Positions 48,888 through 64,000 of a DNA stretch of 64,000 bases are shown piece after piece. Position numbers and translations under genes: made by a program. The notes below the pieces were generated by a model, which was not told the DNA's origin, made no database searches, and saw only the letters and a list, made by a program, of their open reading frames with translations. Position 1 is the first letter of the stretch; each line of letters begins with the position of its first letter. The DNA comes from Octopus vulgaris. Taxonomy: Eukaryota. The stretch spans positions 2,976,001-3,040,000 of the forward strand of contig OX597843.1 in NCBI GenBank assembly GCA_951406725.2, written 5' to 3'.

Positions 48888-49181
48888 CATACATATTAAA
48901 CGCAGCTACAGCAAAAATATGCACACACATATAACAGATGCACAAGGTACGCGAAGAAAAACCGCTCAAACACAGATCAGATACGAGATTTGAGCGCAAA
49001 GCAGAGATGAAAAAAATTGCATTTGGCAGCCATCTTCTTTTCACGTTTATTCCATTCTGTTCCTCTACGTTCCGCTCGGATTTACACACCTACACACACA
49101 CATATATATATATATACATACACACACACATGTATATACATATACACACACACACACATATATATATACACACACACACAC

Positions 49182-49224
<43 letters not shown>

Positions 49225-49264
49225 ACACACACATATATATATATACACACACACATATATATAT

Positions 49265-49311
<47 letters not shown>

Positions 49312-49704
49312 ATAGTATTTTATTTTTTTCTTTCGTTTCTTATTTACTTATTTTCTTTTTTCTCCTTTTTTTTATTTCTTTTATTTTGCAGTGATTTTGT
49401 TGGGGTCTTTTTGTTGCAGTTTCCCTTCGATACTCAGTATAGTTATTCCTTCCTTTCCTTTTTCTCTATTTTTCTCCTTTCTTTTCTTTTAATTTGTTAT
49501 TGTCATTCTCTGTACTCTTGTTATGGCTGTTCTCGCTGTTATATTCTTCTTACTGTTGTTGTTGTTCTTGATGTTGTTGCTGTTGTTACTGCTGTTGCTG
49601 TGTTCACTTTTGGTGGCGCGGGTTTTGTGTCATCGTCTTTGCTGTTCTTTTTACAGATCCTCATTTTTATGTATTTTATATTTTTTATTTTCTCTTCGCC
49701 TCAC

Positions 49705-49744
<40 letters not shown>

Positions 49745-49804
49745 CATATATATATATATACGTCCATATATATATATATATATGTGCATATATATATACA
49801 TATG

Positions 49805-49839
<35 letters not shown>

Positions 49840-50014
49840 GGATGTGTATATATATATATATATATAGGTTACCACTCGTCGTTTTGATAAATGCTAACAC
49901 ACGAAACTCTCTGCCCTTGCGTCACTCTGCAAATTCTACCAAATATCTATATAAGAAATATATACATATACATTTTTAGATAGATAGATAGATAGATAGA
50001 TATAGACATAGATA

Positions 50015-50054
<40 letters not shown>

Positions 50055-50091
50055 CATACATATATATATACATATGTATATATATACATAC

Positions 50092-50140
<49 letters not shown>

Positions 50141-50167
50141 CATACATATATATATATATATATATAA

Positions 50168-50205
<38 letters not shown>

Positions 50206-50249
50206 CTATATTTAAGCGATGAGGAATTATGTGCATTATTATGTACACA

Positions 50250-50720
50250 ATGAAGTTTAGACCAAGATTTTACCACCAGACGAAGGGTTGCGCCATAGGT
50301 ACCCCCATGGCAGTTAATTGGCTTCCTTCAAGTGTGGATGGCTTTCCTGTCTCTCCCTTGCCGTCCTAAAAAGCGTTCATAATACTTTTTCCATCGTTCT
50401 GGCTTAACAGCTCTCAATGTCTGTTACTGTTATTCTCCTTGTCCTGTCCTTTACTGTTTATATTTTGTACTGTCTTTACTGTCCTGTTTTTGTTAGCATT
50501 TTTACCCCTCCGCAAAAAAATCTCAAATTTTATTTAATTTGCTTTTCGCGGAAAGGAATGTTTCATTAAAGTCGTGTCTTGCCTTGAACTTCGAAACGCG
50601 GAGTGGATGAAACAAAGGCGACTGAAGAAGGGGAATTTTCCTTGTATTGTATGTCCTGTACGTTGTTTAAGAAAAATGTCCATTTCCTTGGTTTTGTGTT
50701 TATGTTTTCGTTTCTCATTG
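50250..50720 (+). mobile_element. Penelope-like remnant: RT motif B fragment joined to non-coding terminal sequence
   Basis: 50268-50318 translates [17 protein letters not shown] (Q..G.AMG.P motif). Assigning the downstream part to the same element is inference. Confidence 0.6.
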
Positions 50721-51105
50721 TGTTCGACGTTTTTTTTCGGTGTCCTGTACACATATATGCATGTATATATACATGTAGAAGTAGGTACGTACATATATGT
50801 TTATATGCATATGTTTTATTTTATTTATTAATTTATATATAGTAGAAATATGTTACAAAAAGAAAATATAAGATACACGTGGAAATATAAGGGCAAAATA
50901 TGAAAAATCAACGAAAATGCATATTGCAAATAAAAAAGGGTTTTTATGACAGGTAACGAAAAATATATACATTTAGATTGACTGAGGTAGTAATACGAGT
51001 CATAAAGGTCATTATTATGAGATGATTATAAGATGATAATAAAGTAAGAGAACAAAACGAACCATGGTTTCGGCAAAAAGCTATTCAGCGCTTTGAAAAC
51101 ACCGG

Positions 51106-51151
<46 letters not shown>

Positions 51152-51369
51152 GACGGGCTTCTTTCAGGTTCCGTCTCCCAGATCCACTCACAAGGCTTTG
51201 GTCGGCCCGTATGGGAAGGCAGGATGTTACAGTGTAGCAAAAACAACAGATTTGAATAAAAACAATGAATAGAAGAGATGGATAAGAAAGAGGACAACAG
51301 AAACTTTATCAATATTTCATACAAAAATCCACGACAAAAAGATGTTCATGATGGTACAAATACTAGGAT

Positions 51370-51564
51370 GACCTCGTGTGTACCGTTAGCGATTTTTCCC
51401 CTCTGTCTTCCCTTCTCTGGACCTTTCCTTCTCCTATGTTTCCGACGAAGAGCTCCGCTCGAAACGTTAAGCCCTCATTCTTTCCTTCTTTCCTGAGCGT
51501 CCAATAATACTATATTTGTTCCACGTCCTCGCGTTGTGTTTTCTTGTGCTTTCTTTGGATTAAC

Positions 51565-51566
<2 letters not shown>
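51370..51566 (+). mobile_element. Family E-related element with a hammerhead-like motif at 51438-51472
   Basis: GTTT-CCGACGA-A-GAGC-TCC-GCTC-GAAA-CG-TT-AAGC; shares TTCCTGAGCGT with family E; ends in (TA)n. Confidence 0.6.
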
Positions 51567-51620
<54 letters not shown>

Positions 51621-51627
51621 CATATAC

Positions 51628-51663
<36 letters not shown>

Positions 51664-52255
51664 TTATGTATATACCTCTATTTTGTGTATGGTAGTGTTT
51701 GTATGTAAAAACATATGTATATATGTATATATATGTACATATGCATGTATGTACACATACACACAAGCTCATATACACGCAAACACACATTCACACACAA
51801 ATGTATATACACACATTTTTGTATACTTTCATGTTTATATATATATACATATATATATATCTTTATATGTATATACATATATATATATCTTTATATGTAT
51901 ATACATATATATCTACATACATGCACATATATATACATACATACGTTTATATATATATATACATACGTACATATATATATATACACACATAAATATATAT
52001 ATATATGTATATATACATAACAAAAATATATAAGAATATAAGAACATATAAGAAGACAAAAATCTAAGTGACGCAAAAATCCAAAAAGTAAAAAAAGAGA
52101 GATAAAAATAACAACAGTAAAAAAAAACAAAAAAACGCCGACTGTCATGGCGTCGCTTCAGATGTGACAAGTCGGTCTTTTACGTGTTATCAGGATCCCC
52201 TCATGCGTTCAGAATTGGTAACGGAATCCAAAGACGAGAAGAATGAGGCGTAGAA

Positions 52256-52311
<56 letters not shown>

Positions 52312-52517
52312 ATATATATATATATATATATATTTATACATATAAAGATAAATATATATATATATATATAGATAGATAGATATATAAAAACATGAAAGTA
52401 TACAAAAAATGTATGTATATGTATTTGTGTGTGAGTGTGTGTGTGTTTGCGTGTATATGAGCGTGTGTGTGTACATACATGCATATGTACACACACATTT
52501 ATATGTACACACACATT

Positions 52518-52563
<46 letters not shown>

Positions 52564-52626
52564 CATATGTTTTTACATACAAACACTAGCATACACAAAA
52601 TAGAGGTATATATATATACATGTATA

Positions 52627-52692
<66 letters not shown>

Positions 52693-53047
52693 CTGAAACT
52701 AGATAAAATATTAAAATAAACTAAAATAAATATATATATATATATATTTATGTATGTATGTATGTAATTGTGGTGGTGGTTGTGGTAGTGGTGGTCGAGG
52801 TTGGGCTGTAGTTTGTGTTATTGTATTGACTGCAATTTGAATGGCGCTCTTGCTGTGGTGGTGGTGCGGTGGTGGTCGTGCGTTGCTGGTAATGATGCTG
52901 AGAAAAGGCGACGTTGAAGAGTGTTCGGAGTTGACTGAGGCGTGAAGAAGGGAGATAATTGAGCAGAAAAGAAATTGACGCGGCGGCCATGGAAAAGACG
53001 TGTGCCTGTGTGTGTGTCTCTGTGTGTGTGTGTGTCTGTGTGTGTAC

Positions 53048-53130
<83 letters not shown>

Positions 53131-53653
53131 CAGACACATATATATATGCATAATATGTATATAAATATACGTATGTATTGATATACGTGTATATATATAT
53201 ATATATACATACATACATACGTAATACATACATAATACATACATACATATATACATGCATACATATACAGACATGATACATATATACATACATACATACA
53301 TACATATATACATGCATGCATGCATACATACATAAATACATACTTACATACATACATAAATATACATACATGATACATACATAGATACATACATACATAC
53401 ATATATACATACATATATACATATATACATACATACATACATATATACATACATACATACACACACATATACATACATATATACATACATACATACACAC
53501 ATACATACATACATATACATACATTCATACATACATACATTTATACATATATACATACATACATGCATAAACACGCACGCAAATATACAGATGTGTAGAA
53601 GTATGTATTTATGTATTTGAAGACTTCGTTACGCATGCCCTTACCCATTTCTC

Positions 53654-53721
<68 letters not shown>

Positions 53722-53837
53722 ACTCTTCTTTTCTGCATGTGTCAATATATATGTATGTGTGTGTAGATATGTATATACATATATATATATATGTGTGTGT
53801 GTGTATGTCTCCGTGTATATACAAATATGTACATATA

Positions 53838-53907
<70 letters not shown>

Positions 53908-54153
53908 CATATATACATATGTGTATACACGTGTATGGTTGTATGTACATCGATACCTGGAGGAAACAGCGGTGGGGGTAAAGAACTAGGGATCAAGCCA
54001 GACCCCCTGAAACCGAAAGAAAACATCGAACGGTCACACAAAGGCAAGGCTCAGGCCATGAATACATGTGTACATATGTCTGTGTGTGCGCGTGCGCGCA
54101 TGTGTATGTGTATGTGTGTATGTGTGTGTGTGCTCGCGCATGATTGTTTGTAC

Positions 54154-54213
<60 letters not shown>

Positions 54214-54447
54214 TCGAAGCTTTTTTCCAAGGAATCTAATGCTCTTAGCTTAGTTTTTCCTTAGGGCTAGCCAGATCGGAGCGATCTCAAGATTAATCAG
54301 CCGAAATTGCGAGGATGATCCGGTTCTTGACTGAAGTTTTTTGTATCGTCTATCTGGATGTTTTGCGTTCTCGTCCCATTTTGTATTTTATATATATATA
54401 TATATATATAGCGCCGTACGTACACTTTGTTCTCTAATAAATATATG

Positions 54448-54511
<64 letters not shown>

Positions 54512-54754
54512 AGGGAATAAAATCCAAACTTACAAGGAAAAAAATTCAATTTAGAAATACTAAATCAAATTCACACAATATAATATATATATAAAAACTT
54601 AGAAAAAAACACCTTTTATCAATTTTACTTAATCATTGACATTTTATTGTTATTTTAATTTTAATATTTCTTTTATATATAATTTTCTAGATGGTGTAAT
54701 ATAATTGATAAAAGGTATTTTTTCTAATTTTATATATATATATATATATATATA

Positions 54755-54927
54755 AAAAACAAAAGACGAAGACAGGTGGTGTACAAAACAAACAGATGTA
54801 TTAGTATAACGCTAAGGAATAGAAAAAGTCCTTTACGTTTCGTGCCTACGCTCTTCTACAGAAAGGGACACAAAAAATACAAGGAGAGAAAAAAATGTGT
54901 GTAGTGGCTAACGATCTATCATGGTGA
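54755..54927 (-). mobile_element. Family E copy
   Basis: Reverse complement of the 23182-23590 units. Confidence 0.85.
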
Positions 54928-55160
54928 CATGATGTATGTGTGTGTGTGTGTGGATGTGATATATTTCAATTTTAGTAAGTCTTACGGTAACTTTAATCAC
55001 AAAATGACATTTCACCGGCCGCGTGATCCTTGTCTCGTTGGGAAATCTTTGGAATTGTCGGCATTACGTCTAAAAGACTACGAAAGTCGCTCAGATGAGA
55101 TATCGGTTGCTGTGTTGTTTTTGTTATTATTAATGTTGTTATTATTATTATTAATGTTGC

Positions 55161-55194
<34 letters not shown>

Positions 55195-55655
55195 GGGTGA
55201 GAAAGCAGTTCATGCCATCAAAGTGACACTGGGGTAAAATATACGAAGCCCAATATACCCATCATGACTACCCGTCTGATAAAGGTACACCAGGCACATG
55301 CATCACAACCATGTGTGCGCGACATGGTGATCTCATATCAAGATAAACAGCACATGACCTTGCAGGTGGGGCCCAGTTAGAATTTTCTTCAGGTCGAGTA
55401 GCCCAACCCGCTCAAAAGGTCCCTGAATAAGGATCGTTTAAGGATGTTGAACGAACCATCTATGTTTCCGAAGGTGAATTATTCAAACTCCCAAAAATCC
55501 CTCTCAACACATGGCTATTGTGCTCCCCCACTACTTCTGCTCGTGGTCAGAGATGCACATATCGTCAGCCACTAAGGGACATGCTCAACTGGTTAACGTC
55601 AAACAACTGACAAGCAAATCTGTGGTATTGAGCAGAATATTTGCTGTAGCCCATC

Positions 55656-55660
<5 letters not shown>
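55195..55660 (-). mobile_element. Family D copy within (TAT)n
   Basis: Matches 10770-11240. Confidence 0.85.
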
Positions 55661-55739
<79 letters not shown>

Positions 55740-55794
55740 ATTATTATTGTTATTATTATTATTATTGTTGTTGTTGTTATTATTATTATTATTA

Positions 55795-56080
55795 TATTTT
55801 TGACTTTGGCTTTATATTTGTACAAGTTGGCTCCAAGTCTCACCCAGAGACCTCAAGAGACAACAGGTGTGCCATATATTTGGTTTTGTATTTAGTGTTG
55901 TACTAGTGAATGTCAAAAAACAAAAAAAAAGAAAATTATGTTTGTTTTAAACCTTGAGATTACATAGAAAGTATGTTGCATAGGATATGAGCAGTTCCCA
56001 TCAGCACTATCTTTTGAATTTCTGCCATTTTGGGGTTTCCTGGTATCTGAGTTAGGTAGCGATCAGCCCCTTTTGCTATC
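55795..56080 (-). mobile_element. Second R4/Dong-like 3' fragment (different family from 6683-7209)
   Basis: IAKGADRYLTQIPGNPKMAEIQKIVLMGTAHILCNILSM* plus 3' UTR; TAA-rich tracts on both sides. Confidence 0.75.
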
Positions 56081-56475
56081 AATATTATTGTTATTATTAT
56101 TATTTTTTCTTATTAGGACGTAGATGAGCTAAGGGTGGTGGAAACGATTCCATTGTATGTCAAGGGAACAACCAGAACCAAACAAAACAACAACAACAAG
56201 TAATAAAACAACAATAAAGCCCTTAATAAATGGTGGGACACAAAGCGATTTTGCAAACGGTGGGCACATAAATATATACATATATATACATATATAGAGA
56301 GAGACAGAGAGTGAGGGGGAGAGAGACAGACAGACAGACGGACAGGGAAGCAGACAGACATCAAGACAGACAGCTGGATAGATAGATAAACGGATAGATC
56401 GAAATTTTTGTTAAATACGTACACATATGTACCTCACATTCATGAATATATGTGTGCGCGCGTGTGTGCGTATGC

Positions 56476-56523
<48 letters not shown>

Positions 56524-56613
56524 GTATGCATGCATACAACTCTATGTACGTAAACACAATATACAACAATGTGTGGAGCAGGGAGAATATATATACCTAT
56601 ACAGACATTCACA

Positions 56614-56707
<94 letters not shown>

Positions 56708-56779
56708 CTTATACATAAGTTCCTGCATCCATACATGACATGTATGTATGTATGCATGTATTTATGTATGTATAAATGA

Positions 56780-56816
<37 letters not shown>

Positions 56817-56823
56817 ATAATAT

Positions 56824-56867
<44 letters not shown>

Positions 56868-56947
56868 ATGTATCTATGTATTTATCTGTGTTGTGATGCG
56901 CTTGTGTGTCTATATTGGTACGTGCGAATATGTGTTAGTGTGTTTTC

Positions 56948-56983
<36 letters not shown>

Positions 56984-56989
56984 GCATGT

Positions 56990-57036
<47 letters not shown>

Positions 57037-57389
57037 CATATGTTTGTGTGTGTGTCTGTGTGTTAGTATGAAAGCGTGAATATCTTAGAGTGTTTCTAAT
57101 CGTGAGTATATTACTGTGTTTATATACATATTTATGTGTTTGTGTATGTATGTGTGTGCTTGTGCACTTGTGTGTATGTGTGTGTGCATGCGCGCGCGTG
57201 TGTGTGTGTGTATGTGTGTAAGATACTCACGCACAGACATGAATGAAACGGCTGTCGATTATCGGGAGCTCTTTTTACAGTGAGATAGTATCGGTATTGT
57301 CACCAGAGATTTTGACATGATTACATTAGAGTAAATGGCTTTGAGTTGTGGCTGATGGGAAAGGTTGGTGGAGGGGTTGGGTAAGTGGG

Positions 57390-57775
<386 letters not shown>

Positions 57776-57831
57776 GTTATAGAGTAAGATTTATATTCCG
57801 ACATATATATGTATGTATATACATACACCCG

Positions 57832-57897
<66 letters not shown>

Positions 57898-58269
57898 TGT
57901 CCATATATATATTACGTTGTGTCTAGGTAGAGTTATATATGTATGTGTGTATATATGTATATATGTATGTGTGTATATATGTATATATATATATATAACG
58001 GGAGTTAGACTAGGAGGAAAACACATTGGAAGAAGAGGCAAGATTAGATTTGCGAGGAAGTTATAGAGAAATGGAACCAAATAAAGCCGCACACACACAC
58101 ACACACATCCGCACACACACATCCGCAAACATACGCACACACACACACACATCCGCACACACACACACACATCTGCACACACACACACACACATCCGCAC
58201 ACATACGCACACGTACGTGCGCATGCTCACGCACACATTCTTTTCTCATGTGCGTACGCACATGCTAAG

Positions 58270-59055
58270 GGAGAAAGACACAGGCTGTAAAAGGAGGAAG
58301 GAGAGAGAGTGAAGGAGTATAAGAGAAAATATCAGAGAGAGAGAGAGAGAGAGAGAGGAGAGGTAATGAGAAGGAGATAGTGGAATGTAGAGGAGTGAGA
58401 GGAAGAGGAAGAGGTAGATATGTTGAGACACGAGAGGGAAGGACGAAGGCGCGGAGAGAGAGAGAGAGGGTGTGGGAGAGAGAGTTAGAAGAGCAGGGAG
58501 AAGTTATTAGGGATGAGAGAGAGAGAGAGGAAGAGAAAGACGGAGAGAGGATTAGAGAGGAAAGGGAGAGAAAGGGACAGATGAAGGAAGAAAGAAAGAA
58601 AGAAAAGAAAGAAAGAAAGAAGGATACAATTAAGGAGAAAGAAAGAAGAAAGAAAGGAAGGAAGGAAGGAAGGAAGGAAGAAAGAACGAATGAAAGATAC
58701 AATGAAGGAGAAAGAGAAGAAAATGAAAGAAAGAAAGAACGAAAGAAAGATACAATGAAGGAGAAAGAGAAGAAAAAGAAAGAAAGAAAGAAAGATACAA
58801 TTAAGGAGAATGAGAGCAAAAAGAAAGAAAGAAAGAAAGAAAGAAAGAAATAGAGAAACAGAATGAAAGAAGGAAAGAAAGAAAGATACAATCAAGGAGA
58901 AAGAAAAAAGAAAAAAGAAAGGAAGAAAGAAAGAAAGAAAAAGAGGGGGAGAGAAAGAAGGATACAGACAGATAGATATTATGAAAAAGCGAGTGCGTTC
59001 CAGTGAGAGGCGAGAGAGCGAGAGAGAAAGAAAGAAAGACAGAAAGAAGGAAATA

Positions 59056-59091
<36 letters not shown>

Positions 59092-59175
59092 GAGAAAGAA
59101 AGGAAGGAAGGAATATAGAAGGGAGGGAAGATTGAAAGAGATAGTAGAGGGGGAGAAAGAGAGAGAGAGAGAGAA
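58270..59175. repeat. Polypurine GA/GAAA tract with a repeated GATACAAT unit
   Basis: Directly visible; the motif recurs five times between 58620 and 58895. Confidence 0.9.
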
Positions 59176-59702
59176 CTATTAGCAAACATAGAGACGGCTT
59201 TTGATAAGATTGTAAGATTGAAGGAAAATATTGATAACTGATTTATCAAGAATGATATATGCGCGTACGCGTGTGTATATATATGTGTGTGTGTGTATGT
59301 GTGTGTGTGTCTCTGTGTGTGTGTGTCTCTGTGTGTGTGTGTCTGTGTGTCTGTGTGTGTATAAATGCCTATATATGTATACATTTATACATATATATAT
59401 GTATATGAATGTGTATATATATTTATACATACATACTTATATACATATTTATGTGTATATACACACACACACACATATATATATATATATTCATTTATGA
59501 AAATATCCATGAGCATGTATATATATATGAGTGTATATATACATATAAACGTGTGTGGGTGGGTGAGTGGGTGTGCATATTGTTTGAATTTTGTCTATGT
59601 ATGCATACATGTTTCAATACATATACAAATATATCTAGCTATACATATGTAAATATACATATATACACATATACAGCTGCAAAGCATATATATACATATA
59701 TA

Positions 59703-59754
<52 letters not shown>

Positions 59755-60204
59755 CATATACACGCGAGCACAGACTCGTAGACACACACACACACATATG
59801 CACACGCACGCACACATGCACACATGCACACACGCACACCCACTGAAACACAGAACTGACACGAAGACACGAAAGAACAGAACTCCAGAGATTGATTTGC
59901 CAAAAAAAAAAAAACAAAAAAAAATACATAATAAAACAAAATACAGTAAAATATAAAAAATAAAATGAACAACACAAAATGAATTCCTTTCGAAAGTGAA
60001 AGTAGATTACTTTGGCGGGAATTGTTATGACGTAAAGTCATAGTATTTGGCACAAACCTAGAAGGTGATTATGCAAAGTAATAACAGGAATGGAGGAGAT
60101 TTTATATTTATGAGTAACACTGACTGACGCGTTCATGTATGTGTACATATATATATATTCATATATATATATATATACATACATAGATACATACACATAT
60201 ATAT

Positions 60205-60932
60205 CTGTTTCTTTATTACCTACAAGGGGCTAAACATAGAGGGGGACAAACAAGGACAGACAAACGGATTAAGTCGATTACATCGACCCCAGTGCGTAAC
60301 TGGTACTTAATTTATCGACCCCGAAAGGATGAAAGGCAAAGTCGACCTCGGCGTAATTTGAACTCTGAACGTAGCGGCAGACGAAATACCTTTTTCTTTA
60401 CTATCCACAAGGGGCTAAACACAGAGGGAAAAACAAGAACAGACAAACTGATTAAATCGATTACATCGACCCCAGGGCGTAACTGGTACTTAATTTATCG
60501 ACCCCGAAAGGATGAAAGGCAAAGTCGACCACGGCGGAATTTGAACTCTGAACGTAACGGCAGATGAAATACTTATTTCTTTACTTCCCACAAGGGGCTA
60601 AACACAGAGGGGACAAACAAGGACAGACAAACGGATTAAACCACTATATTGACCTCAGTGCGTAACTGGTACTTAATTTATCGACCCCGAAAGGATGAAA
60701 GGCAAAGTCGACCTCGGCGGAATTTGAACTCAGAACGTAACGACAAACGAAATACCAATTTCTATTTCTTTACTACCCACAAGGGGCTAAACATAGAGAA
60801 GACAAACAAGGACAGACAAACGGATTAAGTCGATTACATCGACCCCAATGCGTAACTAGTACTTAATTTATCGACCCCGAAAGGATGAAAGGCAAAGTCG
60901 ACCTCAGCGGAATTTGAACTCAGAACGTAACG
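60205..60932 (-). mobile_element. SINE family B concatemer of four head-truncated units
   Basis: Same ~180-bp unit and same junction as the 21-22.7 kb array. Confidence 0.9.
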
Positions 60933-60940
60933 ATATATGT

Positions 60941-61220
60941 GGAAAAATGTCAAGGTAGAAAACGCTAAAATAATTTTATAAGAAACATTTCAGTACCGGT
61001 TTCAGTCATTGAGATTTTTTCCAATTGTAAATATGGAAAACAATTCAATTTTAGAAAAATTAAAAGAAAAGTTTCTTAAAAGAATATTTGCATAGTATTC
61101 AAACACAAGGGGCATTTAATTGTTTTCCATACATACAATTGAAAAAGTCTCAATGGCTGAAACCGGTACTGAAATCTTTTTTATAAAATTATTTTAACAT
61201 TTTCTATCTTGACTTTTTTC
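60941..61220. mobile_element. Fold-back PLE-type element (~100-bp inverted arms) with a hammerhead-like motif in each arm
   Basis: ATTTCAGTACCGGTTTCAGTCATTGAGA versus TCTCAATGGCTGAAACCGGTACTGAAAT. Confidence 0.7.
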
Positions 61221-61229
61221 TTCATATAT

Positions 61230-61885
<656 letters not shown>

Positions 61886-61950
61886 AGGTGGTGCTATTAA
61901 GTTAGACATGGCCTGGGCCAATAATGGCCGAAACCTATCAAAGTATCAAA

Positions 61951-62011
<61 letters not shown>

Positions 62012-62481
62012 TATATGCATCTATATATATACTAGGGGTGCTGAAAAGTTCCAGGATTTGAGTATATATGTGTGTGCGTATATATATATGTGTGTGTGTC
62101 TCTGTGTGTCTGTGTATGTGTGTGTGTAGAAAAGGACAACACGATTCACTGAGCGAGAATTGTTTGAATTCTGGACATTAAAGTACATAGTAGGTTAACA
62201 GATGAGTAAATAAATAAATAAAAGCAATTTTGATGTGGTTTTAGATGTTTATTTGTGTGTAATGCGGCTTCTAATGTGACGTATATATATTTAAGTATGG
62301 AAGCACAAAAATGCATCCATCTGAGTACGAATAAATATGATATATATGTATACGTTCGAATTTGTATATATGGCTGCCATATTTGTTGATATATATATAT
62401 ACATATAAATATGTGCACGTGAGTGTGTGGGTTTGCGTGTGTCTGTGTGTGTATACATGTTTTGCAAATTTTATATACACT

Positions 62482-63232
62482 TTTTACTCACTCTTCTACT
62501 TGTTTCAGTCATTTTACTGCGGCCATGCTGGAGCACCGCCTTTTAGTCGAGCAAATCGACCCCGGGACTTATTCTTTGTAAGCCCAGTACTTATTCTATC
62601 GGTCTCTTTTTGCCTAACCGCTAAGTAACGGAGACGTAAAGACACCAGCATCGGTTGTCAAGGATTGCTAGGGGGACAAACACAGACACACAAACATATA
62701 CACACACACTTATATATATACACATATATACGACAGGCTTCTTTCAGTTTCCGTCTACCAAATCCACTCACAAGGCATTGGTCGGCCCGGGGCTATAGCA
62801 GGAGACACTTGCCCAAGATGCCACGCAGTGGGACTGAACCCGGAACCATGTGGTTGGTAAGCAAGCTACTTACCACACAGCCACTCCTGCGCCTATATAT
62901 ATATATATATATACATATATACGACAGGCTTCTTTCAGTTTCCGTCTACCAAATCCACTCACAAGGCATTGGTTTGCCCGGGGCTATAGCAGGAGACACT
63001 TGCCCAAGATGCCACGCAGTGGGACTGAACCTGGAACCATGTGGTTGGTAAGCAAGCTACTTACCACACAGCCACTCCTGCGCCTATATATATATTTATA
63101 CATATATACGACAGGCTTCTTTCAGTTTCCGTCTACCAAATCCACTCACAAGGCATTGGTCGGCCCGGGGCTATAGCAGAAGACACTTGCCCAAGGTGCC
63201 ACGCCGTGGGACTGAACCACACAGCCACTCCT
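62482..63232 (-). mobile_element. SINE family A: full copy (62482-62893) with two extra upstream heads
   Basis: Heads at about 62920-63084 and 63108-63232 (the latter internally deleted), separated by (TA)n. Confidence 0.88.
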
Positions 63233-63275
63233 ATGCATTTTTACAGCTTATTTATTACATACATATCTATCTATC

Positions 63276-63332
<57 letters not shown>

Positions 63333-63532
63333 ACATACACACACGTGCGTGCATAATTTGTTTTTTATTTAATTTTCTATATTTACATGCATTTATCTAT
63401 GAATGTCCACTGTGTTATAGATATATATTTTTACACATTTGTCCATAAATATATAAGCACACACACACGAACACGCATAATCAAACATTAAAAGACGCAC
63501 ACAAACACACATATATATATACATATATATAT

Positions 63533-63686
<154 letters not shown>

Positions 63687-63939
63687 ACACATATACATAT
63701 TGGTACATCCAAACACATATATGCTCAAACATACAATCACATATATCCATATATACACACATACACACATATATACTCACACATATATTCATACACACAC
63801 ACACACACGCGCGCGCGCGCGCGCGCATATCTCGCGCAGATATTAACAGACAACCGAATTGATATATCACCTCGGGGCCATAATTGTATTCTTCTGATTA
63901 CAATTACTACAATCATCATCATCATCGTCGTCGTCGTCG

Positions 63940-63981
<42 letters not shown>

Positions 63982-64000
63982 CCATCATCATCACCATTAG

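Noticed and set aside
50983-51000. let-7-like TGAGGTAGTA
   Set aside because: Only 10 nt match and there is no precursor hairpin.
62030-62060. Mariner TIR-like GGGGTGCTGAAAAGTTCC
   Set aside because: Isolated short match with no partner TIR or transposase; too weak to call.

Overview
Repeat-dominated eukaryotic DNA with no recognisable intact protein-coding gene. The extreme (TA)n/(TATG)n/(GATA)n/(TAT)n microsatellite load and the tRNA-derived SINE families suggest a coleoid cephalopod, most likely Octopus (inference), in an intronic or intergenic region. Almost all ORF-track entries are microsatellite artefacts. Real content: three tRNA-derived SINE families (A, B, C), several as concatemers; R4/Dong-like endonuclease fragments and a non-coding family D lodged in (TAA)n tracts; CR1 and RTE LINE fragments; a TA-flanked MITE; a probable Helitron 5' end next to a ~290-bp tandem repeat carrying perfect RFX X-box palindromes; and many Penelope-like element (PLE) remnants. 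The most notable signal is about a dozen hand-folded type-I hammerhead ribozyme motifs in short PLE-type elements sitting in (TA)n. Three have canonical cores and the rest are core variants (U4C, A6U, U3-A8), mostly with palindromic minimal stem III. A speculative minus-strand spliced gene model is also noted. Coordinates were read by hand and no searches or folding programs were run.
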